A stretch of 20,000 nt of DNA from Eremomyces bilateralis CBS 781.70 (lineage: Eukaryota): the NCBI GenBank assembly GCA_010015585.1, contig ML975181.1; one strand, given 5' to 3'. The translations under genes and the position numbers were made by a program. The notes below the pieces were generated by a model, which was not told the origin of the DNA, made no database searches, and worked only from the letters and a program-made list of their open reading frames with translations. Shown piece after piece: positions 10,888-20,000 of this stretch (positions are counted from its first letter, which is position 1; every line of letters starts with the position of its first letter).

Positions 10888-11215
10888 GATCACTGTTTCG
10901 CATCGTTGCATGTAATACCATTATCAGTCCGATTGGCAGCATTAGCGGTAGAGTAAAGTTTTCAACCTTAGATAATCATCCGTATTGACGAAAAGCCTGA
11001 TACGAAGGAGGAAGAAGAGGGTAGAGAACGGTTCTGAAGTTGCTACCAAGCTTGTTCACTGCTAGTAAACAATATTAGAATCTCTTCCCAGTCCAGTATC
11101 CAACGAGCCTGTAAATACTCCACATATTTCGCCAGTCAACACCCCAAACGCCATGACACCCATTATCCATAAACTTTTCAACTTCCGCCGTCCTGGCTCG
11201 CTTCCACCGTAGCGC

Positions 11216-12833
11216 CTATGCCGCAACAATATCCCCATCCACGCACCATGTCCCCGGCGCAACAGGCCCCATATCCACCCACCCTCCATGATCGCAAACC
11301 AAGAACCCACTTCCCAGCCCACCCCCACCTCCGCACACCACATCGCTCCATCCACGGAACACCCCCTGAACGGCCGATCGCGCACGCAATGGTCGTTCTG
11401 GTAGTTCCCGGCGGCAGTGGCGACAGCTGTGGTAAGCACATCATGCCGGTCGCCACGGTGTGGAGGAAGCCGTACGACCAGCCGGAGCTGTCCACTTGGC
11501 CTCAGGTGATCAATTGGGTTGGGGACGCAGAGGAAGGAGCCAGGGATGCAGGGCAGCCAGGCAGAAGAGTCGCCGGTGACGTAGGGAGGGGTGGCGTTGT
11601 CTATGGGGGAAGGGGATGGGGATGGAGACCAGGTTGAGATAGGCGGAGGCAAGTCCCAAGATGAAGAGCTGGGCGCCGTTGGGGGGAGTGTAGGCGTTAC
11701 GGTGACGGTAGGGCCCACGCAGGCGCACTTGCGGTCGATGATATCTCACCAGTAGGCGGGAGGACAGTCGCAGTCTTCGATTCGCACGCAGGTGGGGGAT
11801 GGCCCGAAGGTGATGGTCATGGTCATGGTGACGTCGAGCTCGTCGGTGGAGTAGTCCGAACTCTCCGAAGAGGACGAATAGTGGTGGTGGCAGCCTCCGC
11901 CTCCGCCTCCGAAGGCTGGCATTGAGGTGTACGGGCTTGAAAGGTATGGGCGGTTGGCGAAGGCCGCTGGCGTTGGTGTGTTCATGTCACCGAGCATCGT
12001 CGTGCCGCCCATAACATGGTATCGGGTGGCAGGATCGGGGGCAGCGGAAATAGCCGCAGAGATTTCTGGTCCCGGTATTGGGTTTGGCAGGCCAATCAGT
12101 CGATCTCCAGAGGGCAGATATCCGGACGAACTACCGGGCGTGCCGTCGCAGTTTCCAGGGGTTCTAGGTGGGTTTGGACTTTGGACTCAGGCCGCCACCG
12201 TACTGGACGTCGGGTCCGGGATGTGGGAGGTCACATTCTAATTCTCCACCGTGACACAGTCGTTGACGCTGTCGAAATTCGCAACTCACAGGTTGGGAAG
12301 GCCGTTGAAGGCCGATTCGGAACCGCTTGATCCGCCATTGACGCCCACGGCAGCGCAGTCCATGTAAAACTCTCGATTGCCGATGAAGTTTAGCCATGTC
12401 CACGCGAATATAGCGTTTCCGCTTAGGGCATACGTCGGGATCGTGAAGTAGTATGAGACGTCTGCCAGATACCCTCCTATCATTGACTTGATGACTTTGA
12501 ATGTCCTCCCCTCATCATATGAGAAGGAGAGTTGGCAGGAGTCGCCGCCATGAGTGACTGACCCAGCCAAAGACATATTATAGGTCGCTCCAATGTCAAA
12601 CGTTGCGGCCAATTGATTGACCTTGTCGTTCTGGTACCATTTGCAGGGAAGTCCGAGCCATCCCAGTTCAATGGCGAAGTCATATCATAATCGATGGGTC
12701 CATTGCGTTGCGGGGATAACGGACTTCAAAAGAGAAGCGGGTATTTCATTTGTATATGCGGGGCTGCTAAAGCCCACAAGGGCAATAATGTCCATATTGT
12801 ATACGCGGATAAAGCTGTCCGTGTCAATGCCAT
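11216..12833 (-). pseudogene. Disrupted AA11 (chitin-active) lytic polysaccharide monooxygenase with Pro/Ser/Thr linker and C-terminal Cys-rich X278-like module
   Basis: CACC-ATG at 12833 starts a signal peptide followed by His (12756-12758). Reconstructed core: HIQMKYPLLF*SP, IDYDMTSPLNWDGSDFP/CKWYQ, HGGDSCQLSFSYD, FAWTWLNFIGNREFYMDCA, LPNL*VAN..CVTVE, PHPGPDVQYGG. C-terminus: LPCIPGSFLC...FLVCDHGGW/MGPVAPGTWCVDGDIVAA* (TAG 11216-11218). In-frame stops at 12726, 12286, 12238, 12164 and 11746; frameshifts near 12647, 12228, 12160 and several in 11270-11510. Confidence 0.88.
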
Positions 12834-13389
12834 GGTGTGTAAGATACCGTGAAGAACCAAACGGACCTTCTCAGAAGTACGGTCTTCGCACTTAAAAGGT
12901 GAAGGAAGAAGCTTGACCTGCCCCCTTCCCTGTCCATGTTGGCTATCGGTCCATTACACGCATAAAGAATGCGGAGCGAGGGGCATGTGAGACGGTAGAT
13001 AGAGGTTCCCGATTCTCAAAAACCTGAGTCACCGCTCGACTGCTCATGGTCCGCTGTGGCAGGAGGGGAGGGGAGTGGAGGAGGAATGCGCTACGCTCCA
13101 TCGGAATGGGACCCGCCGACGCGTCTGGAACCTTCGAGTATATGGACGCATGATTGTCATGGAGGGGAGCAGAGAAGAAGCCAAAGTGATGATCAAGAAT
13201 TGTAGAAGCTAGACCGGTCCGCTTTGATTTGGTACTCTGAAGTGCGTTGTCGAGATTGGTGATGCAGGGAGGGCAGCATTATACTCCCTATAACGTGGAG
13301 TAGTGTCGCGTCCGAGGCATGCGTATAATACGTCTGGCCTCCATGGAACTTCCAGAAAAAGCGGCTGTTTAACCACCATCCCTCGGTTC

Positions 13390-13881
13390 TTAGTCCACGA
13401 GAAATTGATCGATCTCCTTGTCGCTGTCATGTTCCTTCAAGGCCTGCTCGTGCTCTTCCAGCTTCTGCCTGATAATCTTCCGTTGTCGTACCCTGGCTTT
13501 CTTCCCCCAGTCGGCCGTGTTGTCTACCTCTTCATCCGTATCGCTATCCACACCGGGTATAGGTATCGGCCGGCTTGATCCACGACGGAGGTCGTTCGCT
13601 GTCATCAAGGCGGCTTCCTCTTTCGTTTCCTTGTCCACGCGCTCGTGCTCGCTGGCCTGCTTCTTTTCACCCAGCTTCTGCAAGAGGGGGCGGACGATCA
13701 ACATGTAGCCGCCTATTACCATGATCAATCGGATGTAGTCTTTCGCTCGTAGTCGAGAAAATGATGAGGCAGTGTTGGTCTTGAAGTTCTGAGCCCAGGT
13801 CGTTAAAAGACTTGCCAGTCGGGTTAGGTCTTCGAGAAGTCTCTGTGCCATCTCGGCAGGGTTTGGACCTCTGGAAGCCAT
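13390..13881 (-). CDS. PGA2: PGA2-family ER protein-trafficking protein (DUF1531), 163 aa
   Basis: First ATG at 13881 (MASRGPNP). Single TM segment DYIRLIMVIGGYMLIVRPLL, DWGKKARVRQRK, and acidic C-terminus DSDKEIDQFLVD, all typical of Pga2. The ORF-track extension to 14064 starts at GTG and is unlikely to be translated. Confidence 0.85.
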   Translation of the reverse strand: MASRGPNPAEMAQRLLEDLTRLASLLTTWAQNFKTNTASSFSRLRAKDYIRLIMVIGGYMLIVRPLLQKLGEKKQASEHERVDKETKEEAALMTANDLRRGSSRPIPIPGVDSDTDEEVDNTADWGKKARVRQRKIIRQKLEEHEQALKEHDSDKEIDQFLVD

Positions 13882-14707
13882 TTGGTGAGGCTTGAGTTCT
13901 CTTGCAGAGTTTGATATGGGTTCGGTCGACCAAGAAAGTCGATGCGACGCGGAGTTGGTATGCTGGCGATTATGATGCGGTTTCGATGGGATTGATCGAT
14001 AGATCTCTGTTGCTGAGCTCTCTAGCGAGTTGCCAATACGGCAATAAGATTTGAGATTTGGCACTCTTGAATCTAATCACAATTGGTTCTGAACAATTGG
14101 TTTTGAGAGGATCAATTCAGCACACGAAACGCATTCATGGAATGACAATAAGGAATGGATAGGAATGAAATATTACGAAAGCTTGAAATTTGAAACTCCG
14201 GCGCGACCCGCAGTCGCCTCTCTCAGCAAGGACCAGATCCCCCTGTCGATGATCATTGATCACAGATCATCGATGATCGATGGACTTGCTGCCGGTCTTC
14301 CGTACGACCGTACCATAGTGGAATCAAATCACCACGAGGACGCCGCCGATCCGAAGTTTGAACTCGTCCTGACTCCTGAATTCTTAATCCTGAATCCTGA
14401 AGTTTCTGGAACTCCTTGTCATTGGGTATCTGATATGATATATCAATATGTATGTGACGGATAATGGTGAAAGGCCAATGATACAATGCCGCCGTAATAA
14501 TGCACGATTCTTGTATACGGCATGGTAAGTGCAGTAGTAGGTACTTAGTACTCAATCCTTCCAAGATCTATGTGGTCTGGAAACTCTGTCAATTAAGAGA
14601 CACGACCTGCTCATTCCCCTCCTCGGTCTGTTCATATTCTACCTTTCAAAATAGTCCTTAGATAGACTGCACTGTCTGACCCTTCGATTGCGAGCAACTC
14701 AGGTGCA

Positions 14708-15511
14708 ATGGCACGAATCCTCATCACCGGTTCCTCCGATGGAATTGGATCTCTCTGCGCCCGCGTGTTCGTGAAGGACGGACACAAGGTCGTCCTGCAT
14801 GCCCGGAGCGAACAGCGCGCCAAGGATGCGACGAACCTGTGTCCTGGCGCCGAAACCGTCGTCGTGGCCGACCTCTCGAATATCGCCGAGATGAAGCGAA
14901 TGGCAGAAGAGGTGAACAAGCTGGGTGACTTTGATGTGGTCATCCACAACGCTGGCCTGTATCGTGGCCCGTTCCAACGAACCGAAGATGGATACCCGAG
15001 TCAGTTCGCCGTGAACACGGTGGCGCCCTTCATTTTGACGTGTTTGATCAAGCGACCGAAGCGGCTTATCTACCTCACAAGCATTTTTCATCAATCGTGC
15101 GATCCGAGCTTGAATGACATCACCTGGAAGAACCGTGGAGAGGAGCAATGGAATGACAATCAAGGCTACCACGACACCAAATTTCATACCGTGCTGCTGG
15201 CGAACGCGGTAGCTCGGAGGTGGCCGCACGTCCTCAGCAACGCCCTGGATCCCGGCTGGGTTCCAACGAAGATGGGCGGGTCCAATGCCACCGGGGACAT
15301 CAACGACACGGTGAAAACGTACGAGCTGCTGGCTGTTGGTGACGTCCATACGACGGGCAAGTACTTCTGCGATTCAAAGGAAGCGAATCCCATAGAGCCT
15401 GCACTAGACACTAAGCTTCAGGACCGCTTCATCGACATCATGGAGGATATCACCGGAATCAAACTTCCTGAGGAGAACCTCCCCTCGGGAACGAGCACCT
15501 CGACGAGGTGA
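14708..15511 (+). CDS. Short-chain dehydrogenase/reductase (classical SDR), 267 aa, intronless
   Basis: TGSSDGIG Rossmann motif, VIHNAG, catalytic Ser in YLTS, YHDTK (YxxxK) and DPGWVPTKMGG. Confidence 0.93.
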   Translation: MARILITGSSDGIGSLCARVFVKDGHKVVLHARSEQRAKDATNLCPGAETVVVADLSNIAEMKRMAEEVNKLGDFDVVIHNAGLYRGPFQRTEDGYPSQFAVNTVAPFILTCLIKRPKRLIYLTSIFHQSCDPSLNDITWKNRGEEQWNDNQGYHDTKFHTVLLANAVARRWPHVLSNALDPGWVPTKMGGSNATGDINDTVKTYELLAVGDVHTTGKYFCDSKEANPIEPALDTKLQDRFIDIMEDITGIKLPEENLPSGTSTSTR

Positions 15512-15762
15512 TCCCGGTGACAATATATTGCTCTCTGTCGGCTGTTACATGTTCGTCATGTCACTACGCATAAGATAATACATATCAAGAGCACAGTCCT
15601 AAAGCAATATTCTTTCAATAGAGAGGTTCGGCAATGTATGTCCTTAAATTTATATCACCGTCTGGCTGCAGATGCACATTCCTCAAGCATCCAATCTTCA
15701 AATTCATCATGGCTCCCCTTCTTGGAAACGGCATGGCATCAGCCCATCACCAACTCCGCTTA

Positions 15763-16188
15763 TCACGAACAGTAGACCCATGGCTTGACGCTATACGGCG
15801 AGTCCGGAATCCCACACGTATTCGGACAATAAATCAACTCCTCATCATCCCCAAGCGGTACACACGTCAACGCCGGCACCCCGTCATCGCTCACCCCCGT
15901 CGGGAAGCTGTAATCCCCAATATAATCCGGGGGCTCGCAGCCGGTGAAGGAGATACCCTCGTGACCCAGCAGGGTGTAGTTGCCCTCGCACAGCCATGTG
16001 TTGAAGCGAGGATATCCGTAGATGAGACCATCCTGGCAGACGTCGGAGTCGGAGAACCAGATGTCGTAGCGGCCGCCTTTGACGGAGCCGGAGCCGCAGT
16101 TCTCGTTCTTGTTGCCGATATAAATGGTTTGAAGGGCGGTGGTGGATGCCACGAGGGCGGTTAGAGTGGTGAGGAGGGAGAAGTGCAT
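15763..16188 (-). CDS. Small secreted cysteine-rich protein of unknown function, 141 aa
   Basis: GCCAAC-ATG context and a typical signal peptide (MHFSLLTTLTALVASTTA). The mature part is acidic and Gly/Tyr/Pro-rich with 8 Cys, and third codon positions are GC-rich as in coding sequence. Confidence 0.8.
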   Translation of the reverse strand: MHFSLLTTLTALVASTTALQTIYIGNKNENCGSGSVKGGRYDIWFSDSDVCQDGLIYGYPRFNTWLCEGNYTLLGHEGISFTGCEPPDYIGDYSFPTGVSDDGVPALTCVPLGDDEELIYCPNTCGIPDSPYSVKPWVYCS

Positions 16189-16819
16189 GTTGGCGAGTGC
16201 AGGAATTGTGGTGTGTGATGAAGGGCTGGCTTGGGGCTGTTGCTTGGGAATCCTGAGTCCTTTGATCGCCAGTGTTCCGGGAGAACTGCTTGCTTTATGT
16301 CCTGCACTCTGTACATATACACTTCCATCGCCTCGTTGTTTAGTGGCATCAAGCCAAGCCCCATCCAGCTCTTCCTATTTATCGACATCTCGTATTGCTG
16401 CAAGTTGGCTGGATGTCTCATGTCTGCTTGTACTCAACGTCCGGAAGAAGATGTCCGCGGGAGTCGGTCACTGCATTCCACAGCTTTCGCGGGTCATCCT
16501 GTTAACCTATTCGCGGTGTGTTCCAATCATTCTCTCAGTTGTGGCTTGAAGAGAACGCCGCAATGTCACCCTCAGGCCTCAGCACCACTTGCATCATGCA
16601 TGAGCGCATCACGATTTTATACGAGATCTGCTGCATCTGCAACGATTAAATTCCCTATTTTTAGAATACGAGTATCCCACGTTTGTAAGTGGCTTCAGGT
16701 TTCTGGGCAAAACTTGAAATCGATAGTGACGTTTAGTGTTTCTCAGAGGGAACCCGAATATGGAATAATTATCTATCTCTCCAATGGAGGGAAAGCATCG
16801 GAAGTCGGATGGGTATTTG

Positions 16820-17856
16820 CTATGCCCCCTTGGTAGCAACCCCTCGCAGTCTCACATACCCCAACCATTGACTCCCATCTTCCTCCCTCGTCACAATCGT
16901 CTGCAAGAGCGCAGAAACCCATCCGACACATTCATCCCTCTTCGACTCTTCAACGTGATCAAGTACACTCGCCCCAAAGAGCTTAACCCACCCCTCCAGC
17001 CCCCCATTCTGCGCCTCCGTAAGCTTCGTCGGCCGATATTCCAGCTCGACCTTGTCCACCGTAAACCCCACGCCCTCCAGTGCATTCTTCATCCACGCAT
17101 CACTGGGGAAGAACCACGGCGACGCGGCGCGGGCGGTTTCTAATGGGCAGCCGAAATGGAGCAGTCCAGCGGTGAGCGCGGCGTGGATCTCGGAGACATT
17201 CCCAGCGCCGCCCATCTCGAATACGAATGTCCCGCCAGGTTTGAGGGCGCGGTAGGCGGCCTCCAGAACGGAAAGGCGAGTTGAAGGGCTCCGTAGGATC
17301 CAGTGTAGTGCTGCGTTTGAGAAGACCTTGTCCCACGTGCCGTCGATAGCACCATCACGGGACGGACCTTCGATGAGTTGGGTACAGTCTTTGACGCGAA
17401 ATTCGCAGCGCGGGTGAGTTAAAGTAGGATATGCGTGTTGCGCACTCTGTATCATCGAAGGAGAAGCATCGAGACCTAGTATGTACCCCGACTTCAGTGC
17501 AGAGGCGATCTGAGCCGTCAATATGCCATCGCCGCAGCCCAGATCGAGGATTCGGTCATTCTCTTCGACCGCGAGGTATTGCACCACTTTTTGCGTAAGT
17601 TGCGGTACAAAGGCGGCGGAAGTCGCATATTGCTGTAAGTAATCAGCGAACCATTTTGAGGTTGAACTGAAACATAGTCACAATTGGTAGAGAGCGGATA
17701 GGACAAATGAACAACTGGTGTTTGATAGGCTAATTTATATAGCAACGTTGTACCACTTTGGGTAATCAATGTTGCCAGGCTGTGAATACGATAAATAAAT
17801 GAAAGATGACACACCTTGGACGTCCAGAAATCCCTTGATTCTTCCGAAGAACCCAT
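16820..17856 (-). CDS. Class I SAM-dependent methyltransferase (trans-aconitate 2-methyltransferase-like), 284 aa; exons 17856-17815 and 17632-16820
   Basis: Exon 1 MGSSEESRDFWTSK is followed by a 182-nt intron at 17633-17814 (GTGTGT...GCTGAT...TTACAG), then QYATSAAFVPQLT. Motif I ILDLGCGDG, GLDASPSMI, WDKVFSNAALHWI, ALKPGGTFVFEMGG and YVRLRGVA. Confidence 0.9.
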
Positions 17857-18171
17857 CGTGAATATCCGCTTTCTTAAATACTAAACCAAAGTTTGTTAAG
17901 TATGGATTGTGAATGATGCAACTCGGGGTCAAGATAGCTGAGTGAGACACAGCTCCTAATTCCGATATCGGAGCATCGATCCTCCTCCTGTTAATGTTCA
18001 AATTATGACAAAACACGGGCGTAAACGATTTAAACCGGATAAGATGTAGAACGAGCATTCGATAGCGGCAGTTGTTGTGGTGGCCACTAATTCGTATGCT
18101 ACGCATCGGTTTCTCTCATACCAGCAACGCCGATAGAGTGGAGTGCAGCACACCCAGGACTGTCGACCACA

Positions 18172-19672
18172 TCAACTCAAAACATCGCCAGAAGCAACGA
18201 GCTTCTTCTGCCTGATAAGTTCGGCCAAAGGAATATTATCCTCATCATAGAACTCAACGCCTTCGTCCACCCCGAAGTCGTCCAATCGTTCTCCTTCACC
18301 GTTTCTCCAGCCCTCCTCGCCGCTCTCGTCGTCAGTGGGATAGTCGTCGCCCTCCATGTCATACTGCCAGTCTGGATCTTCCGCGTTGGCATATCTCTCA
18401 TGGAACGGATGCCTGCGTCGAATCCCGCCGGCGAGTTCGAATCGGTTCATATCTTGTGTCTGCCGTTCCTTGAACTTCGCAAGTCGATCGGCATCGGATT
18501 CTTGTGCGAATGATTCGTCGACGATGGGCGCTTTCCAGTTGCGAGGCATGCGATCGGGGTCCGGGGGAGGCCAGGACATGGACGGATCTGTCCTCTGAGT
18601 GAGCTGTTATACACCCCAAATTTGGACGGACACTACCTTCAAATCCATTGCTGGGACACGAAATGCCACTTTCAATAGATGGTGTCGACGCGAAAGGCCA
18701 GAACCACATAAGGACCTATTCGTCTTTAGAAATGCGCATATGACCCCGAAATGGGAACGAACATTCCACGTGCCCATGCCTTGCTTCAGATTCCCCCAGA
18801 TTCCGATATCATAAGGGAACTCCTGACGAGCAAGCCGCACCTGCGATCCATCCGGCGCACGGAGGAAGCCACCCAGAACACGAGCACGACGAAGTAGAGT
18901 CTCGTGCCGCTCAATCTCCCACCCTTCGATCGTCGTGGTGTTTACCGCCAGGCTCCACACAGACTTCACGAAGAGGATGGTTAATGCGAACAAAGTAATG
19001 GAATTAATGCAAAACAGGATCAGAAGATGGATCATTTGGACCACGCTTGGTCCGAGATACTGTGTCCCGGTCAGCCTGAATTCCAGTCGGGGCTAGGGAG
19101 AGAGCATACACTTGGCATACGTCGGTTATTCCAGAGGACGGCACCTCTTTGATACAAGAAATACTCCAAGTAGGTCATAGCAAGGGCAGCGTAAAGCAAA
19201 AATCGGAGAAAGTGAGGGAACGTGGTATGTGACACGCAGTTTGATGTCCAAGGACAATGATGGTCCATCTTTGGTATGCACCTATATACCATGTAGTCAG
19301 CTTTTGGCAGATCCGACTCGACCGATTCACCTACCTTTTGCATATCTTGCAATGATGTGATCTCGGGGCCTTTGGCGCCTCGCATTTTCTGCACCACCGG
19401 ACCCTCGAGCCTTTGGCGGTTGTCTCATCCTCTTTTTTCTCCGCCCAGTTTGCCGGAATCACGCCCGGATTCGTTGAACATGCTCGATAATAACAGATCA
19501 GAAGACAAAGAAGTAGTGCGTTGAATCGAAGGAACTCCGGGCCGCTCAAGGGTCGCGGGTCGATATGGGAGAACAAATACTGGGAGGAATATGCGAGGAA
19601 CGAGATCAAGGTGAGAACGCTGGGGATGGCTATGGAAGCAAGCGACGGGATGGACATCATTATTTCATCCAT
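18172..19672 (-). CDS. PFA4: DHHC palmitoyltransferase PFA4, ~433 aa; exons 19672-19335, 19281-19110, 19059-18763, 18715-18637, 18587-18172
   Basis: DHHC-CRD WCRKCEAPKAPRSHHCKICKR|CIPKMDHHCPWTSNCVSH, NTTTIEGWEIERH, QEFPYDIG, NGFE|DPSMSWPPPDPD and WRNGEGERLDDFGVDE. Four GT-AG introns (19282-19334, 19060-19109, 18716-18762, 18588-18636) give a 1302-nt in-frame CDS. The start could instead be the Met at 19660 or 19657. Confidence 0.93.
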
Positions 19673-20000
19673 GTTTTAGTCGTAATACAAGCCTTTAATC
19701 CAAGTATCTGCCTAAGTACGGTCTGGTCTGATGCTGGATTGTGAAGAATGTGAAGTCTGATGCTCAGTAAGGGGCTTACGATTTCCCTGTGCTGTGATTG
19801 GACCAGATCTGGTAATCCACAACATCTGTCAGGCCTGGGCATTCTCGTGATATTAAAAGGACTGAGATAATTCTGGTGTAGCACTAAGATTGATATCAAA
19901 ATTTATGGTACATCATTTCTCAAGTTTATCTATCATTCAAGTACCCCCGCAAAAAGCGAATGGCGTTAAAGAGATGGGATGTTGCAAGTAATATCGCATA

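Noticed and set aside
10246..10911. 221-aa antisense ORF over the Nudix gene (likewise 14699-15349 over the SDR and many over CTNNBL1, ladA and the ANK gene)
   Set aside because: These are shadow ORFs expected from GC-rich codon usage, and they have no recognisable motifs.
11600..11915. Short tandem repeats (GGAGGC, ACCATG, CCATCC)
   Set aside because: They encode ordinary Gly, Thr-Met and Pro-Ser linker runs of the former LPMO and are not a separate repeat element.
11216..12833. RIP or A-to-I editing as the explanation for the AA11 stop codons
   Set aside because: The stops arise in mixed contexts (probable CGA>TGA, TGG>TGA, CAG>TAG) and the region remains GC-rich. Multiple frameshifts can be neither caused by RIP nor repaired by editing.
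14299..14330. CGTACGACCGTACCATAGTGGAA resembles the 5' end of fungal 5S rRNA
   Set aside because: The similarity is limited to ~25 nt; the downstream 5S core (GATCCCGTCCGCTC, TAGTAGTTGGG) is absent.
15763..16188. Hydrophobin call for the 8-Cys secreted protein
   Set aside because: It lacks the two CC doublets that define hydrophobins.
16231..16836. 201-aa + strand ORF between the secreted protein and the methyltransferase
   Set aside because: It has a non-ATG (TTG) start, random-looking composition, and overlaps the promoter and 3' end of real minus-strand genes.
14708..17856. Secondary-metabolite cluster (SDR + methyltransferase)
   Set aside because: No PKS/NRPS/terpene backbone, transporter or cluster regulator is present, and the genes are flanked by housekeeping PGA2 and PFA4.

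Overview
Gene-dense (~53% GC by eye) chromosomal window from a filamentous ascomycete (Pezizomycotina-type GT-AG introns, mostly 47-72 nt). In order: the 3' end of a probable Exo1 gene (+); CTNNBL1 (-); L-arabinitol 4-dehydrogenase (-, 1 intron); a 1198-aa HeLo-like-N/14-ankyrin protein with no NACHT domain (-, 1 intron, split by the ORF track); a divergent Nudix hydrolase (+); a heavily disrupted AA11 chitin LPMO pseudogene (-); PGA2 (-); an intronless short-chain dehydrogenase (+); a small secreted 8-Cys protein (-); a class I SAM methyltransferase (-, one 182-nt intron); and the DHHC palmitoyltransferase PFA4 (-, 4 introns). I see no rRNA, tRNA, transposon or CRISPR feature. The best leads are the NOD-less NLR-like HeLo-like/ANK gene (with a C-terminal Cys4 motif and a head-to-head Nudix gene), the AA11 pseudogene and the orphan secreted Cys-rich protein. 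All family calls come from motif recognition by eye; no database search was run.
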